A stretch of DNA of 64,000 bases, taken from the IMG/VR virus record IMGVR_UViG_3300045988_148502; one strand, 5' to 3'. Both the position numbers and the translations under genes were made by a program. This document shows, one piece after another, positions 8,937 to 17,109 of the stretch; positions within the stretch are counted from its first letter, which is position 1; the number at the start of each line of letters is the position of its first letter. The notes under the pieces are model-generated. The model worked only from the letters and a program-made list of their open reading frames with translations. It was not told where the DNA came from and did no database searches. Origin of the DNA: a virus.

Positions 8937-9570
8937 ATTGCCATATACCGCCAAGCAAGTTTACGCTATGCTATATGAAGCGTGCCGGGTGGAAGTTGCT
9001 CATAGGCATAGGGAATTTAATGCCACCGAACAATACAAAAAGCACCTTTGGGACATTTCCAATTGGATTACATCGGAAGCCTCCACTTTCGGATTGTTCC
9101 TTTGCGGCGATGCCGGAAATGGGAAAACCACCATTCTGCGTGCATTGCAAAACCTTATAAACTACTTGCGCTCTGATGAGGGGTATAACAGCAATGCGGA
9201 TGCATATCCGATACGCGGCTACATGATGGTATCGGCTAAAGAACTCGTCTTGCTGGCTAAAGCGTATAACAATCACACACGCGACAACACCTCCGATGTG
9301 GCACGCTACAAAAGGCTGCGCCAAATCGAAATACTCGCAATCGACGAACTCGGCTCCGAACCGAAAGAAAGCATTCATTATGGCGATTACGTAACCGCCG
9401 CCATGGATATGCTGTCTTTTCGCTATGAAGAGCAGTTCTGTACGCTGGTCTCATCCAATCTTACGGCAAAAGAAATTGCAGAATATTACGACGAACGAAT
9501 TGCAGACCGTTTCCGTGAAATGATGCTAATCATCAATTTCGGCAATGAGCAGTCATTCAGAAAACAGTAA
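8920..9570 (+). CDS. DnaC/IstB-like AAA+ helicase loader
   Basis: Walker A GDAGNGKT and Walker B ILAIDELG. The ORF track start 8827 overlaps the upstream gene, so the internal ATG at 8920 is preferred. Confidence 0.75.
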   Translation: MVTRFRLPYTAKQVYAMLYEACRVEVAHRHREFNATEQYKKHLWDISNWITSEASTFGLFLCGDAGNGKTTILRALQNLINYLRSDEGYNSNADAYPIRGYMMVSAKELVLLAKAYNNHTRDNTSDVARYKRLRQIEILAIDELGSEPKESIHYGDYVTAAMDMLSFRYEEQFCTLVSSNLTAKEIAEYYDERIADRFREMMLIINFGNEQSFRKQ

Positions 9571-9586
9571 ACTAATTAAAAACATT

Positions 9587-9772
9587 ATGACGATGAATAC
9601 AGATTATAGTTATTGTTCGGGCGTTACCTGCTCAATCCGCAAGAGTTGTAAACGCTATTTGCCCGATCCACCCGATACACGTTTGCAATGGGTATGGCCA
9701 GCATACAATCCGGGAACAGACAAATGCAAGTACTATGAACCAACTAAAGTAGCAAAAACAAAAAATCCGTAA
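9587..9772 (+). CDS. Hypothetical Cys-rich small protein (61 aa)
   Basis: ORF in the co-directional gene train. Sequence MTMNTDYSYCSGVTCSIRKSCKRY... Confidence 0.45.
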   Translation: MTMNTDYSYCSGVTCSIRKSCKRYLPDPPDTRLQWVWPAYNPGTDKCKYYEPTKVAKTKNP

Positions 9773-9774
9773 TC

Positions 9775-11097
9775 ATGGAAAAGAATAAGTTTACCCATGG
9801 TAGTTTGTTCAGCGGCATCGGTGGTCCGGAAATAGCTGCCGAGGAAATGGGCTGGAAAAATATGTTCCATTGTGAAATAAACCCGTTCGGGAGAAAAATA
9901 CTTGATTATTGGTTCCCAAACAGCAAAAGTTATGAAGACATCACGAAAACAAATTTTACAGAGTGGCGTGGAAAAATCAATGTCCTCACCGGAGGTTTTC
10001 CCTGCCAGCCTTTTTCTTGCGCCGGACAGCGAAAGGGAGCGGAAGATGACCGCTACCTCTGGCCGGAAATGCTACGAGCGATACGGGAGATTCAGCCCGA
10101 TTGGGTTGTTGGTGAAAACGTTGCTGGAATCCTCTCAATGGTACAACCCGGCAGTGAAACTGCGTTGGGACGTGAAGAATCTCTGTTCGGAGAGGTTGAC
10201 CGAAAAAGAATATTGCATCGGCAGGAATACGTTGTCGAAACAGTGTGTAACGACCTTGAACGTGAAGGATATTTCGTCCAACCGGTTGTTATTCCGGCTT
10301 GTGCCGTCGGAGCGCCGCACAGAAGAGACCGTGTCTTCTTTATTGCCCACCGTGCAGACGCAGGGGTTAAAGGTATGCAACGAAAATGGGAAGACAACAT
10401 TCTATCCGGTAGGACTGCTTCCGACACCACGTGCCGTGGAAGTGGTGGAACACCCCATGAAAGCTGCTGCGAGAACGAAAGACAGAACGGGTACGAAACT
10501 CAACAACCTTTCGTCAGGGGCTGCGTTCGGGCTTCTTCCCACTCCGATGGCGAGCGATGCAACAACCGGAGCGATAATTGGAAAGAACGACCAATTTGTT
10601 ACGACCAGAAACGGGACTCCGAGGAGAATCAATCAGAACGGACAGAACGGATGCGTAGGACTTGCGAGAATGGTTCGGTTGCTTCCTACTCCCAATGCCC
10701 GGGAAGCGGACAAGTACAGCAAGAAATACAATCCGAACAGTCAAATGGGCACAGCTTTGACAGCAATGGCGGTGAATGGGATGCTCCCTACTCCAGCAGC
10801 GAGGGACTATCAACCCTCCGTTTCCCCACAAGCATTGAAAAGAAAAAATGGGAAAATGAGGACGGATGCTCTGTGCAACCTGCCGGTAATGTTAGGAGAG
10901 CATCATTCGCAGAACGGTGGAAAAACTTCCCAACTCAATCCCCTGTTTGTAGCCGAGATGATGGGATTTCCACCAGATTGGACGGTATTGCCTTTTCAAA
11001 GTGGCGGCAGGAATCGATAAAGGCATATGGCAATGCGATTGTCCCACAAGTAATGTATGAGATATTCCAAGCTATTCAAGAAACTTATAATCAATAA
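9775..11097 (+). CDS. dcm: DNA (cytosine-5)-methyltransferase (440 aa, frame 0)
   Basis: FSGIGG (9808-9825), PCQPFS (10000-10017), ENV (10114-10122), RRDRVFFIA (10321-10347), GNAIVPQV (11029-11052). The middle third is low-complexity. Confidence 0.85.
   Translation: MEKNKFTHGSLFSGIGGPEIAAEEMGWKNMFHCEINPFGRKILDYWFPNSKSYEDITKTNFTEWRGKINVLTGGFPCQPFSCAGQRKGAEDDRYLWPEMLRAIREIQPDWVVGENVAGILSMVQPGSETALGREESLFGEVDRKRILHRQEYVVETVCNDLEREGYFVQPVVIPACAVGAPHRRDRVFFIAHRADAGVKGMQRKWEDNILSGRTASDTTCRGSGGTPHESCCENERQNGYETQQPFVRGCVRASSHSDGERCNNRSDNWKERPICYDQKRDSEENQSERTERMRRTCENGSVASYSQCPGSGQVQQEIQSEQSNGHSFDSNGGEWDAPYSSSEGLSTLRFPTSIEKKKWENEDGCSVQPAGNVRRASFAERWKNFPTQSPVCSRDDGISTRLDGIAFSKWRQESIKAYGNAIVPQVMYEIFQAIQETYNQ
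10046..11020 (+). CDS. Candidate overlapping +1-frame ORF inside the methyltransferase gene (324 codons from the ATG at 10046)
   Basis: +1 frame is open from 9902 to 11020. (L/M)LPTP motifs at 10415, 10532, 10679 and 10781. NPLFVAEMMGFPPDWT at 10937-10984. The sequence looks protein-like where frame 0 looks off-frame. Confidence 0.4.
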   Translation: MTATSGRKCYERYGRFSPIGLLVKTLLESSQWYNPAVKLRWDVKNLCSERLTEKEYCIGRNTLSKQCVTTLNVKDISSNRLLFRLVPSERRTEETVSSLLPTVQTQGLKVCNENGKTTFYPVGLLPTPRAVEVVEHPMKAAARTKDRTGTKLNNLSSGAAFGLLPTPMASDATTGAIIGKNDQFVTTRNGTPRRINQNGQNGCVGLARMVRLLPTPNAREADKYSKKYNPNSQMGTALTAMAVNGMLPTPAARDYQPSVSPQALKRKNGKMRTDALCNLPVMLGEHHSQNGGKTSQLNPLFVAEMMGFPPDWTVLPFQSGGRNR

Positions 11098-11102
11098 TAA
11101 CC

Positions 11103-11540
11103 ATGGACAATTCAATTTATAAAAAATGCACAGAGTGCGGGCAAACAAAGCATATTTCAGAGTTCAGCAAATCATATCCTAACAGGTGTAAAACTTGTGT
11201 AGCAGAACACACGAGACAAATGAGAGCTGCTGAAAAACTTAAAGCTAAAGTAAAGGCTACCGGCGAGGTCATAGATGTTGAACCGTCAGGTACTATGCAG
11301 GTTTTATGCGGTTCATTCATAACGAAAGACGGTCGAAGAATGCCCGGAACAGCACTTGAATTTGAAAAAGCCATAGACTGGGAACAACGCAGATACGAGA
11401 TTGCGAAAGAGATAATGAAAGGATTTTCAGCCAATTCACATAATCAGTGTGTGGATGCAAGTAGCGAAACGTTAGCCCAGTGGAGCATTAGCGGTGCTGA
11501 TGCTCTTATTGCAGAATTGAAGAAAGGAGGTAAAGGATGA
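11103..11540 (+). CDS. Hypothetical protein with an N-terminal Zn-ribbon-like CxxC...CxxC (145 aa)
   Basis: CTECGQTKHISEFSKSYPNRCKTC. Coupled to the next gene by an ATGA overlap. Confidence 0.55.
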   Translation: MDNSIYKKCTECGQTKHISEFSKSYPNRCKTCVAEHTRQMRAAEKLKAKVKATGEVIDVEPSGTMQVLCGSFITKDGRRMPGTALEFEKAIDWEQRRYEIAKEIMKGFSANSHNQCVDASSETLAQWSISGADALIAELKKGGKG

Positions 11541-12409
11541 AAGTAATAGTTTCATTCAGTGGTGGCAAAGATAGTCTTGCATCACTTCTTTGGGTGCGTA
11601 ATAACCTAACAAAAGATTTTATTACAGTATTTTGTGATACAGGTTGGGAACACCCATTGACCTATAAATATATCGAAGAAGTACAGGAACAACTTGGCTT
11701 AAATCTCATTACCGTCAAGTCAAAGAAGTTTAACGGTATGGTAGATTTGACAAAAAAGAAATCACGCTGGCCATCCTCGCAACGGAGATTCTGCACATCT
11801 GAATTGAAAACCATTCCGATGATTGACTACATACTCGATGAAGTAAACGATGATGTTCTGATTATACAAGGAATACGTGCTGCCGAGAGTGCCAAGCGTG
11901 CCGAAATGTCCAAGCAATGTACGTACTTCAAGTATTATGTGCAGCCATACGGTAAGGATAAGAATGGTAAGGACAAGTACCACACCTATCGTCGTAAAGA
12001 TGTATTGGCATTTCGAAAGAAATATGCTGATGACCTATTGCGTCCGGTATTCGATTGGTCGGCACAACAAGTGATTGACTATATACTTGAAAATGGAATA
12101 CAGCCTAATCCTCTCTACCGAATGGGCTACAAACGTGTTGGTTGCTTTCCTTGCGTGATGGCTTCACAACAAGACATTTACAATATCAGCGTACAAGAGC
12201 CAGAAAGGATAAGCTACATTGCAGGTCTCGAACAACAGTTCAACAGCAGTTTTTTCGGTCCTGATAAAATTTCATCTAAGTATTATAAGGGTGAATATCC
12301 TCTAATCAGCGATGTTGTTCGTTATGTACAAAGTAAACGTGCAGGTGGTTCTCTGTTCGACGATGATGTGGCAACAAGTTGTATGAGCTACTATGGGCTT
12401 TGTGAATAA
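11537..12409 (+). CDS. PAPS-reductase-family PP-loop ATPase (290 aa)
   Basis: PP-loop SFSGGKDS near the N-terminus. C-terminal Cys motifs (GCFPC). Confidence 0.8.
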   Translation: MKVIVSFSGGKDSLASLLWVRNNLTKDFITVFCDTGWEHPLTYKYIEEVQEQLGLNLITVKSKKFNGMVDLTKKKSRWPSSQRRFCTSELKTIPMIDYILDEVNDDVLIIQGIRAAESAKRAEMSKQCTYFKYYVQPYGKDKNGKDKYHTYRRKDVLAFRKKYADDLLRPVFDWSAQQVIDYILENGIQPNPLYRMGYKRVGCFPCVMASQQDIYNISVQEPERISYIAGLEQQFNSSFFGPDKISSKYYKGEYPLISDVVRYVQSKRAGGSLFDDDVATSCMSYYGLCE

Positions 12410-12421
12410 AAAAGGAATGGT

Positions 12422-12691
12422 ATGGCAAATATAAAAGACAATAAAAAAGGATTCAAGGTAATCCAAATAAGTAGGAAAGAACTTGTAGAGGAATTAGGAC
12501 AATATGGTGCAATAGGAATTTGTGACTACTGCAACGAAACTGCATCTACAGGCTATTACATAGCTGTGCTAAATCAATGGTTTTGCCCGAAATGCTATCA
12601 AGCATGGTATCATCGCGCTACTTATTATCCGGAAGATGCAAAGGTAGAAAACAGAAATTTTGAATTTTACAAAAATATTTTTGGATTATGA
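12422..12691 (+). CDS. Hypothetical Cys-rich protein (89 aa)
   Basis: ORF in the gene train. CDYCNE...CPKC suggests Zn binding. Confidence 0.5.
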   Translation: MANIKDNKKGFKVIQISRKELVEELGQYGAIGICDYCNETASTGYYIAVLNQWFCPKCYQAWYHRATYYPEDAKVENRNFEFYKNIFGL

Positions 12692-13155
12692 CAAAAATAA
12701 AACTGAATTGGGCATACGCCAAAGGCGAATTAGATACTGATACATTGAAACTTATTTGCCTACCAGCACGAGGCAAACGCTTATTTGGTGCGGATGAATT
12801 GGATGCGGAACTTTGTATAAAGGACGGTATGAATTACCAAATAGCAGAAATCCACTTGGGTGATGTGGAAAGCTCAAATATTCTTTGTGAAGAGATCGCA
12901 AGGCGTTGGAATGAGCATGAAGAATGGCACGAATGCAAAGAGGACACGGAAGACGTGCCACCAATTGGAACATATTGCATTTTAAGGGTAGAATATCTAT
13001 GCTGTAGTAACAAATGGAAAGTAGATTACTTGACAGCTTATTACAATAAATACGGGTGGACGGAAGATTATTTAGACCAAATAACCTGCAACTACAAGGA
13101 CTACAAGATAACCCATTGGAAACCGATAAACAAACCGAAAGGAGTTGAAGAATGA
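12688..13155 (+). CDS. Hypothetical protein (155 aa)
   Basis: ATGA overlap with the upstream gene. No motif recognised. Confidence 0.55.
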   Translation: MTKIKLNWAYAKGELDTDTLKLICLPARGKRLFGADELDAELCIKDGMNYQIAEIHLGDVESSNILCEEIARRWNEHEEWHECKEDTEDVPPIGTYCILRVEYLCCSNKWKVDYLTAYYNKYGWTEDYLDQITCNYKDYKITHWKPINKPKGVEE

Positions 13156-13469
13156 AAAAAAACATCAAGGAGGCAATAAAGGAACATCTTTATGCAAATG
13201 AGTTTGCAGCAGACCCGAACAATCCGGGGTTTGTGGATAGATTTATTGAACACACTAAAGCTGCGGAATGGGGTGCAAACTGGCGCATCAATAGCGTGTG
13301 GCATGATGCAAAAGAATGTCCGGAAAGGAAAAGAAATTATCTTGCTCAATGCAAAAATGGTAGATTTAACGTAATCCCTGATTCGATGAATTGGGATAAC
13401 TTTTACAAAAAAGCAGAAATTATCCGTTGGGCATACATCGAAGATTTACTACCTAATATGGAGGATTAA
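13152..13469 (+). CDS. Hypothetical protein (105 aa)
   Basis: ATGA overlap with the upstream gene. Confidence 0.55.
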   Translation: MKKNIKEAIKEHLYANEFAADPNNPGFVDRFIEHTKAAEWGANWRINSVWHDAKECPERKRNYLAQCKNGRFNVIPDSMNWDNFYKKAEIIRWAYIEDLLPNMED

Positions 13470-13472
13470 ATC

Positions 13473-13778
13473 ATGAAACCTATATTGAACACTGAAGACA
13501 TTAGGAAATTAAAGACTGATGAACGCTTAATTGAATGTTCTTGCGGCAAAGTGAATTATTATAGATTCCTATGTTTCCACCCACGAAACACGAATTATGT
13601 AATTCTATTGAATCATTGCGAAGAGCCTGAAAGGTTTTTTATTCAAAACCTTATAGACCGGTTCTATACAAATTATACAAGTCGTGATATAATCACTTAT
13701 CGTAGAGATTACGCCATTAAGAAACTCAAAGAGTTTGAACAAGCGTTGTCTGAATTAGGAGATAAAGATGAGTTATGA
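13473..13778 (+). CDS. Hypothetical protein (101 aa)
   Basis: ORF in the gene train. Confidence 0.55.
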   Translation: MKPILNTEDIRKLKTDERLIECSCGKVNYYRFLCFHPRNTNYVILLNHCEEPERFFIQNLIDRFYTNYTSRDIITYRRDYAIKKLKEFEQALSELGDKDEL

Positions 13779-14065
13779 GATATGCACTTAGAAATCAAGA
13801 TAAGATTGCTGCTGCATATAGTTCCGAATACTTGAAAGAGCATATAATCGGAAGCCTTGACAGTTATTTCAATGTTCCAAGAAGTCAAGAAGAGGTTGAG
13901 GATTTTATTTACAGTTCGTGTGTTTGTTATAGCACAAATCAAGGTAACTACCCAATCATGCAAATTAATGACATTGCAGACGATAATGCCATGTTGGAAT
14001 TTGCATGGATAGGAACTCAATATGATGTGATTAAACTTGCCTTTTTAGGCAGAATGAAAGGATAA
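13775..14065 (+). CDS. Hypothetical protein (96 aa)
   Basis: ATGA overlap with the upstream gene. Confidence 0.55.
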   Translation: MRYALRNQDKIAAAYSSEYLKEHIIGSLDSYFNVPRSQEEVEDFIYSSCVCYSTNQGNYPIMQINDIADDNAMLEFAWIGTQYDVIKLAFLGRMKG

Positions 14066-14069
14066 ACCA

Positions 14070-14261
14070 ATGAAAAATGTAACGAAACTCGCTAAAAAGT
14101 CCGCAGGGCTTAGCCAAAAATGTTCGATTTGTCCACTTATGCAAAGATGCACTTTAGAAATCCATAGAGCTTGTTTTGACAGCTTTGTAGAGGGTTTCAA
14201 GAAAGGGACCAGAGCTGCTGAAAAAGAAATAAACAAGAAATTAAAATCGGAACAAATATGA
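14070..14261 (+). CDS. Hypothetical protein (63 aa)
   Basis: ORF in the gene train. Confidence 0.45.
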   Translation: MKNVTKLAKKSAGLSQKCSICPLMQRCTLEIHRACFDSFVEGFKKGTRAAEKEINKKLKSEQI

Positions 14262-14512
14262 ATAAAAAAGAAGTTATACGAACCGCCAAAGCCTTTAAGA
14301 AGATTCTGAAAAAAGGTATTCCTCAAACAGTATGGAAATCCAGCTATTGGGATATTCATGGAAAAAGATACACCGCCTATGAAATAGCTGCACGCTTTTT
14401 ACGGATGAAAGGCTATAACGTGCGAATTGAGATAGGTGATAATACAGAGAATCCCTCTTATTGTTTCGGATACATACGGTTCTATAGGTATGTGGCAATC
14501 AGTTTTAACTAA
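14258..14512 (+). CDS. Hypothetical protein (84 aa)
   Basis: ATGA overlap with the upstream gene. Confidence 0.5.
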   Translation: MNKKEVIRTAKAFKKILKKGIPQTVWKSSYWDIHGKRYTAYEIAARFLRMKGYNVRIEIGDNTENPSYCFGYIRFYRYVAISFN

Positions 14513-14529
14513 TAACAAAAATAAGAGCA

Positions 14530-15045
14530 ATGGAATTTAAATCGCAAATATGTACTACCCATGAGCAGTCAAAAAGATTGCTCGCTTTGGGACTAAAGCC
14601 GGAAACGGCTGATATGGTATATCATCATACAAAGAGTAAGGTACCAGCTTTAGAGTGGGAGTTACAAACCAAGCCGCCTACATTGAGAGGTAAGTTTTGG
14701 ACTCCTCAAAGAATAGCCAAACTTGCATTTCCTTTTCACAAGCATCCTGACGGATCGCCAATGGCCGGAGAAGAAGTATTTGATAGATTGTGGGGTGAGG
14801 ATGTCCCTGCATGGAGTTTGTGTAGGCTGTTGGAGTTACTTCCGACCGAAATCAGAATAGGAACCAGTGAGAATGTTTTTGGCTTGCATCACGAAACAAG
14901 CGATGCTTGGTTACTCTCTTATCCCTATGTGAAATCCTTTGAAACCGCATCACCTGTCGAATCTTGTGTATTGGCTATTGATTGGCTGATTGCCAACGGA
15001 CACTTTAATAAAGAATACTACAATGAAGAAAATAATGTTCAATGA
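14530..15045 (+). CDS. Hypothetical protein (171 aa)
   Basis: ORF in the gene train. No motif recognised. Confidence 0.55.
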   Translation: MEFKSQICTTHEQSKRLLALGLKPETADMVYHHTKSKVPALEWELQTKPPTLRGKFWTPQRIAKLAFPFHKHPDGSPMAGEEVFDRLWGEDVPAWSLCRLLELLPTEIRIGTSENVFGLHHETSDAWLLSYPYVKSFETASPVESCVLAIDWLIANGHFNKEYYNEENNVQ

Positions 15046-15679
15046 TAAATTTGGCTTAACTCAAGCTGTATTGGAAGGGCGGAAGACTATGACGAGAAGA
15101 ATAATCAAATGTCCAAGAACTTTTAGGGGAGAATGGGTCGCAGGATTCAATATACACAGACGCCATTCTGACAAAAAGATTGTTGATTGGCCTTGTATGT
15201 ACGATGCTGATGAAAGAGAGTTTGATATGGGCGAGATATTGCCGAAATATGAACTTGGAGAAGTTGTTGCCATTGCGCAAAGTTATATGGATGTTGACCG
15301 ATTTCATAGAAAAGGGAAAAATGCAGCTTACTTAGAATACTTGGATTCTATATTGCCTGAACTGAAATTACATCCCGGTTGGACTAATAAAATGTTTGTG
15401 AAAGCCGACCTAATGCCCCGCCATATTGAATTTACAGATCGTAAGGTTGAACGCTTACAGGACATTAGCGATGAAGATTGCTTGAAAGAAGGGATATATG
15501 AAGATTCGGGTGATGATGAGTTTCCGCCATCTATATTTTATGAATTTGAGGGAAACAAAGACAATGGATTTGATACTCCACGTGAAGCCTTTGCCGCCCT
15601 CATAGATAAAGTCTCCGGTAAAGGCACTTGGGAAAGCAATCCCTATGTTTGGGCGTATGAATTTGAATTAATGAAATAA
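15023..15679 (+). CDS. ASCH-like domain protein (about 218 aa)
   Basis: N-terminus MKKIMFNDKFGLTQAVLEGRKTMTRR resembles the ASCH/PUA-like pattern (..G.KT.T.R). The ORF track start at 14990 is an alternative. Confidence 0.45.
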   Translation: MKKIMFNDKFGLTQAVLEGRKTMTRRIIKCPRTFRGEWVAGFNIHRRHSDKKIVDWPCMYDADEREFDMGEILPKYELGEVVAIAQSYMDVDRFHRKGKNAAYLEYLDSILPELKLHPGWTNKMFVKADLMPRHIEFTDRKVERLQDISDEDCLKEGIYEDSGDDEFPPSIFYEFEGNKDNGFDTPREAFAALIDKVSGKGTWESNPYVWAYEFELMK

Positions 15680-15681
15680 TC

Positions 15682-15843
15682 ATGAGCATTGCAGAAGATA
15701 TTATAGACGGTTGGTGTTGCCAACTTTGTGGTGTGTACTTTGAAGAAGAACACGGTTACCCTGTTGTTTGCGAAAGCTGCTACAACGAACTATCAGAAGA
15801 AGAAAAGAAAGATTATCAATTAGCAACCCATAAAGAATTTTAA
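15682..15843 (+). CDS. Possible small Zn-ribbon protein (53 aa, below the ORF-track cutoff)
   Basis: Hand-translated as MSIAEDIIDGWCCQLCGVYFEEEHGYPVVCESCYNELSEEEKKDYQLATHKEF. Fills the gap between annotated ORFs. Confidence 0.4.
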   Translation: MSIAEDIIDGWCCQLCGVYFEEEHGYPVVCESCYNELSEEEKKDYQLATHKEF

Positions 15844-15855
15844 TGTATTTATCAT

Positions 15856-16059
15856 ATGGATGCAAAAACATTCTTTACCAAGGTAGTTCTGATGCGCAAA
15901 GCACAGAAAGACTATTTCAAGTGTCGCACCCAACAAAACTTGCGGAAATGCAAGGCACTTGAAACGGAAATTGACGGAGAAATTGAACGTGTAAATAGTA
16001 TTACCGGAGTTTCTTCCGTTTCCAAAGAACCCCGACAGACAAATTTATTCACTGATTAA
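15856..16059 (+). CDS. Hypothetical protein (67 aa)
   Basis: ORF in the gene train. Confidence 0.45.
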   Translation: MDAKTFFTKVVLMRKAQKDYFKCRTQQNLRKCKALETEIDGEIERVNSITGVSSVSKEPRQTNLFTD

Positions 16060-16069
16060 ATCATACAAT

Positions 16070-16306
16070 ATGAACTCAACTGTATTAAAAGAAATCATGG
16101 CATTCCTTTTCGGGCGCAAATATTATGCCAACATTGTAGCAACAAAAGGAACAACAAAGCAAGAAATCTGTTCTTACATTTTTGCAACAAAAGAAGCCGC
16201 CAACCGGCATCGACTGGAAATCGAAACAACTCTGTCATTCCGGTTTGTCGAAACAGTTTCTTTCCGTTCACGCCGGATATATTTCGATTCGTCTGTAAAA
16301 AGTTAA
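16070..16306 (+). CDS. Hypothetical protein (78 aa)
   Basis: ORF in the gene train. Confidence 0.45.
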   Translation: MNSTVLKEIMAFLFGRKYYANIVATKGTTKQEICSYIFATKEAANRHRLEIETTLSFRFVETVSFRSRRIYFDSSVKS

Positions 16307-16342
16307 ACCATAATAATCTGTGAATCATTCTATTTTCGTATT

Positions 16343-16768
16343 ATGATTATCAAAAAACTAAAAACATGGTGGCAGTCACGTAACTACTATGTGATTGCCG
16401 ATGGTAACGACAATTCAATCACGCTATCCAAACGCTTGTTTCTCCATATCAAAGGTAAGGCGAAAAAGGGCGATGCAGCCCAAGTGTTTGTTTTCAGAAT
16501 TGCCGGACAAGATTCTTTCGGCTTCACCGTCAATCCAAATATCGGACAACCGACTCAACTATGCGATATTCAATATAATGACAAGTATAAGTGCATAGGC
16601 TTTGAAAGTCTGTGCCCGTCGGTCGGTCTTATGCTTTATGAGCATGGGTTACCCGGTGATAGTATAGTCAAACTGTCTGTGTCTATACATCATACAAGCA
16701 AAGGTCTCATCTATTATCAAATTGAAAAGCCCAATGGAAAGTATATTAGGAAATATAAGAAAGGCTGA
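16343..16768 (+). CDS. Hypothetical protein (141 aa)
   Basis: ORF in the gene train. Confidence 0.55.
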   Translation: MIIKKLKTWWQSRNYYVIADGNDNSITLSKRLFLHIKGKAKKGDAAQVFVFRIAGQDSFGFTVNPNIGQPTQLCDIQYNDKYKCIGFESLCPSVGLMLYEHGLPGDSIVKLSVSIHHTSKGLIYYQIEKPNGKYIRKYKKG

Positions 16769-17102
16769 TATAGTATTCTATTCTTCGGGAAGAATAGACA
16801 TTACATCTCATATAGCCAAGCAACTTCATCTCTCGCGAGGTGATGTCCTGGATATTATGAGTGAGAACGGAGAATTATATCTTTATGTCAGATACCGCTC
16901 ACCAACCGGCGGTCGGCATGAAGCATGTGTGTTTCCATCCAATAGGCAAGGGAAACATTTCAGAGCCTCATCTAAAAGGCTGTGCTCCGCCATACTTGAT
17001 GTGTCGGGTGTAACAGACAAGGCGAGATTATGCGTTGGAGAGCCTAAGGAAAGCCAATATCATGGCACATTGCTACCAATCATTACCAAACTCCTTTTGT
17101 AA
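16734..17102 (+). CDS. Hypothetical protein, possibly an AbrB/SpoVT-like fold (122 aa)
   Basis: Segment GRIDITSHIAKQLHLSRGDVLDI resembles a swapped-hairpin DNA-binding motif. Weak evidence. Confidence 0.4.
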   Translation: MESILGNIRKADIVFYSSGRIDITSHIAKQLHLSRGDVLDIMSENGELYLYVRYRSPTGGRHEACVFPSNRQGKHFRASSKRLCSAILDVSGVTDKARLCVGEPKESQYHGTLLPIITKLLL

Positions 17103-17109
17103 GAAAGAT

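Noticed and set aside
9902-10045. The first 48 codons of the 372-aa +1-frame ORF (MIIGSQTAKVMKTSRKQ...)
   Set aside because: This part overlaps the best-conserved N-terminal methyltransferase motifs and does not look protein-like. If the +1 ORF is real, the ATG at 10046 is the more plausible start.
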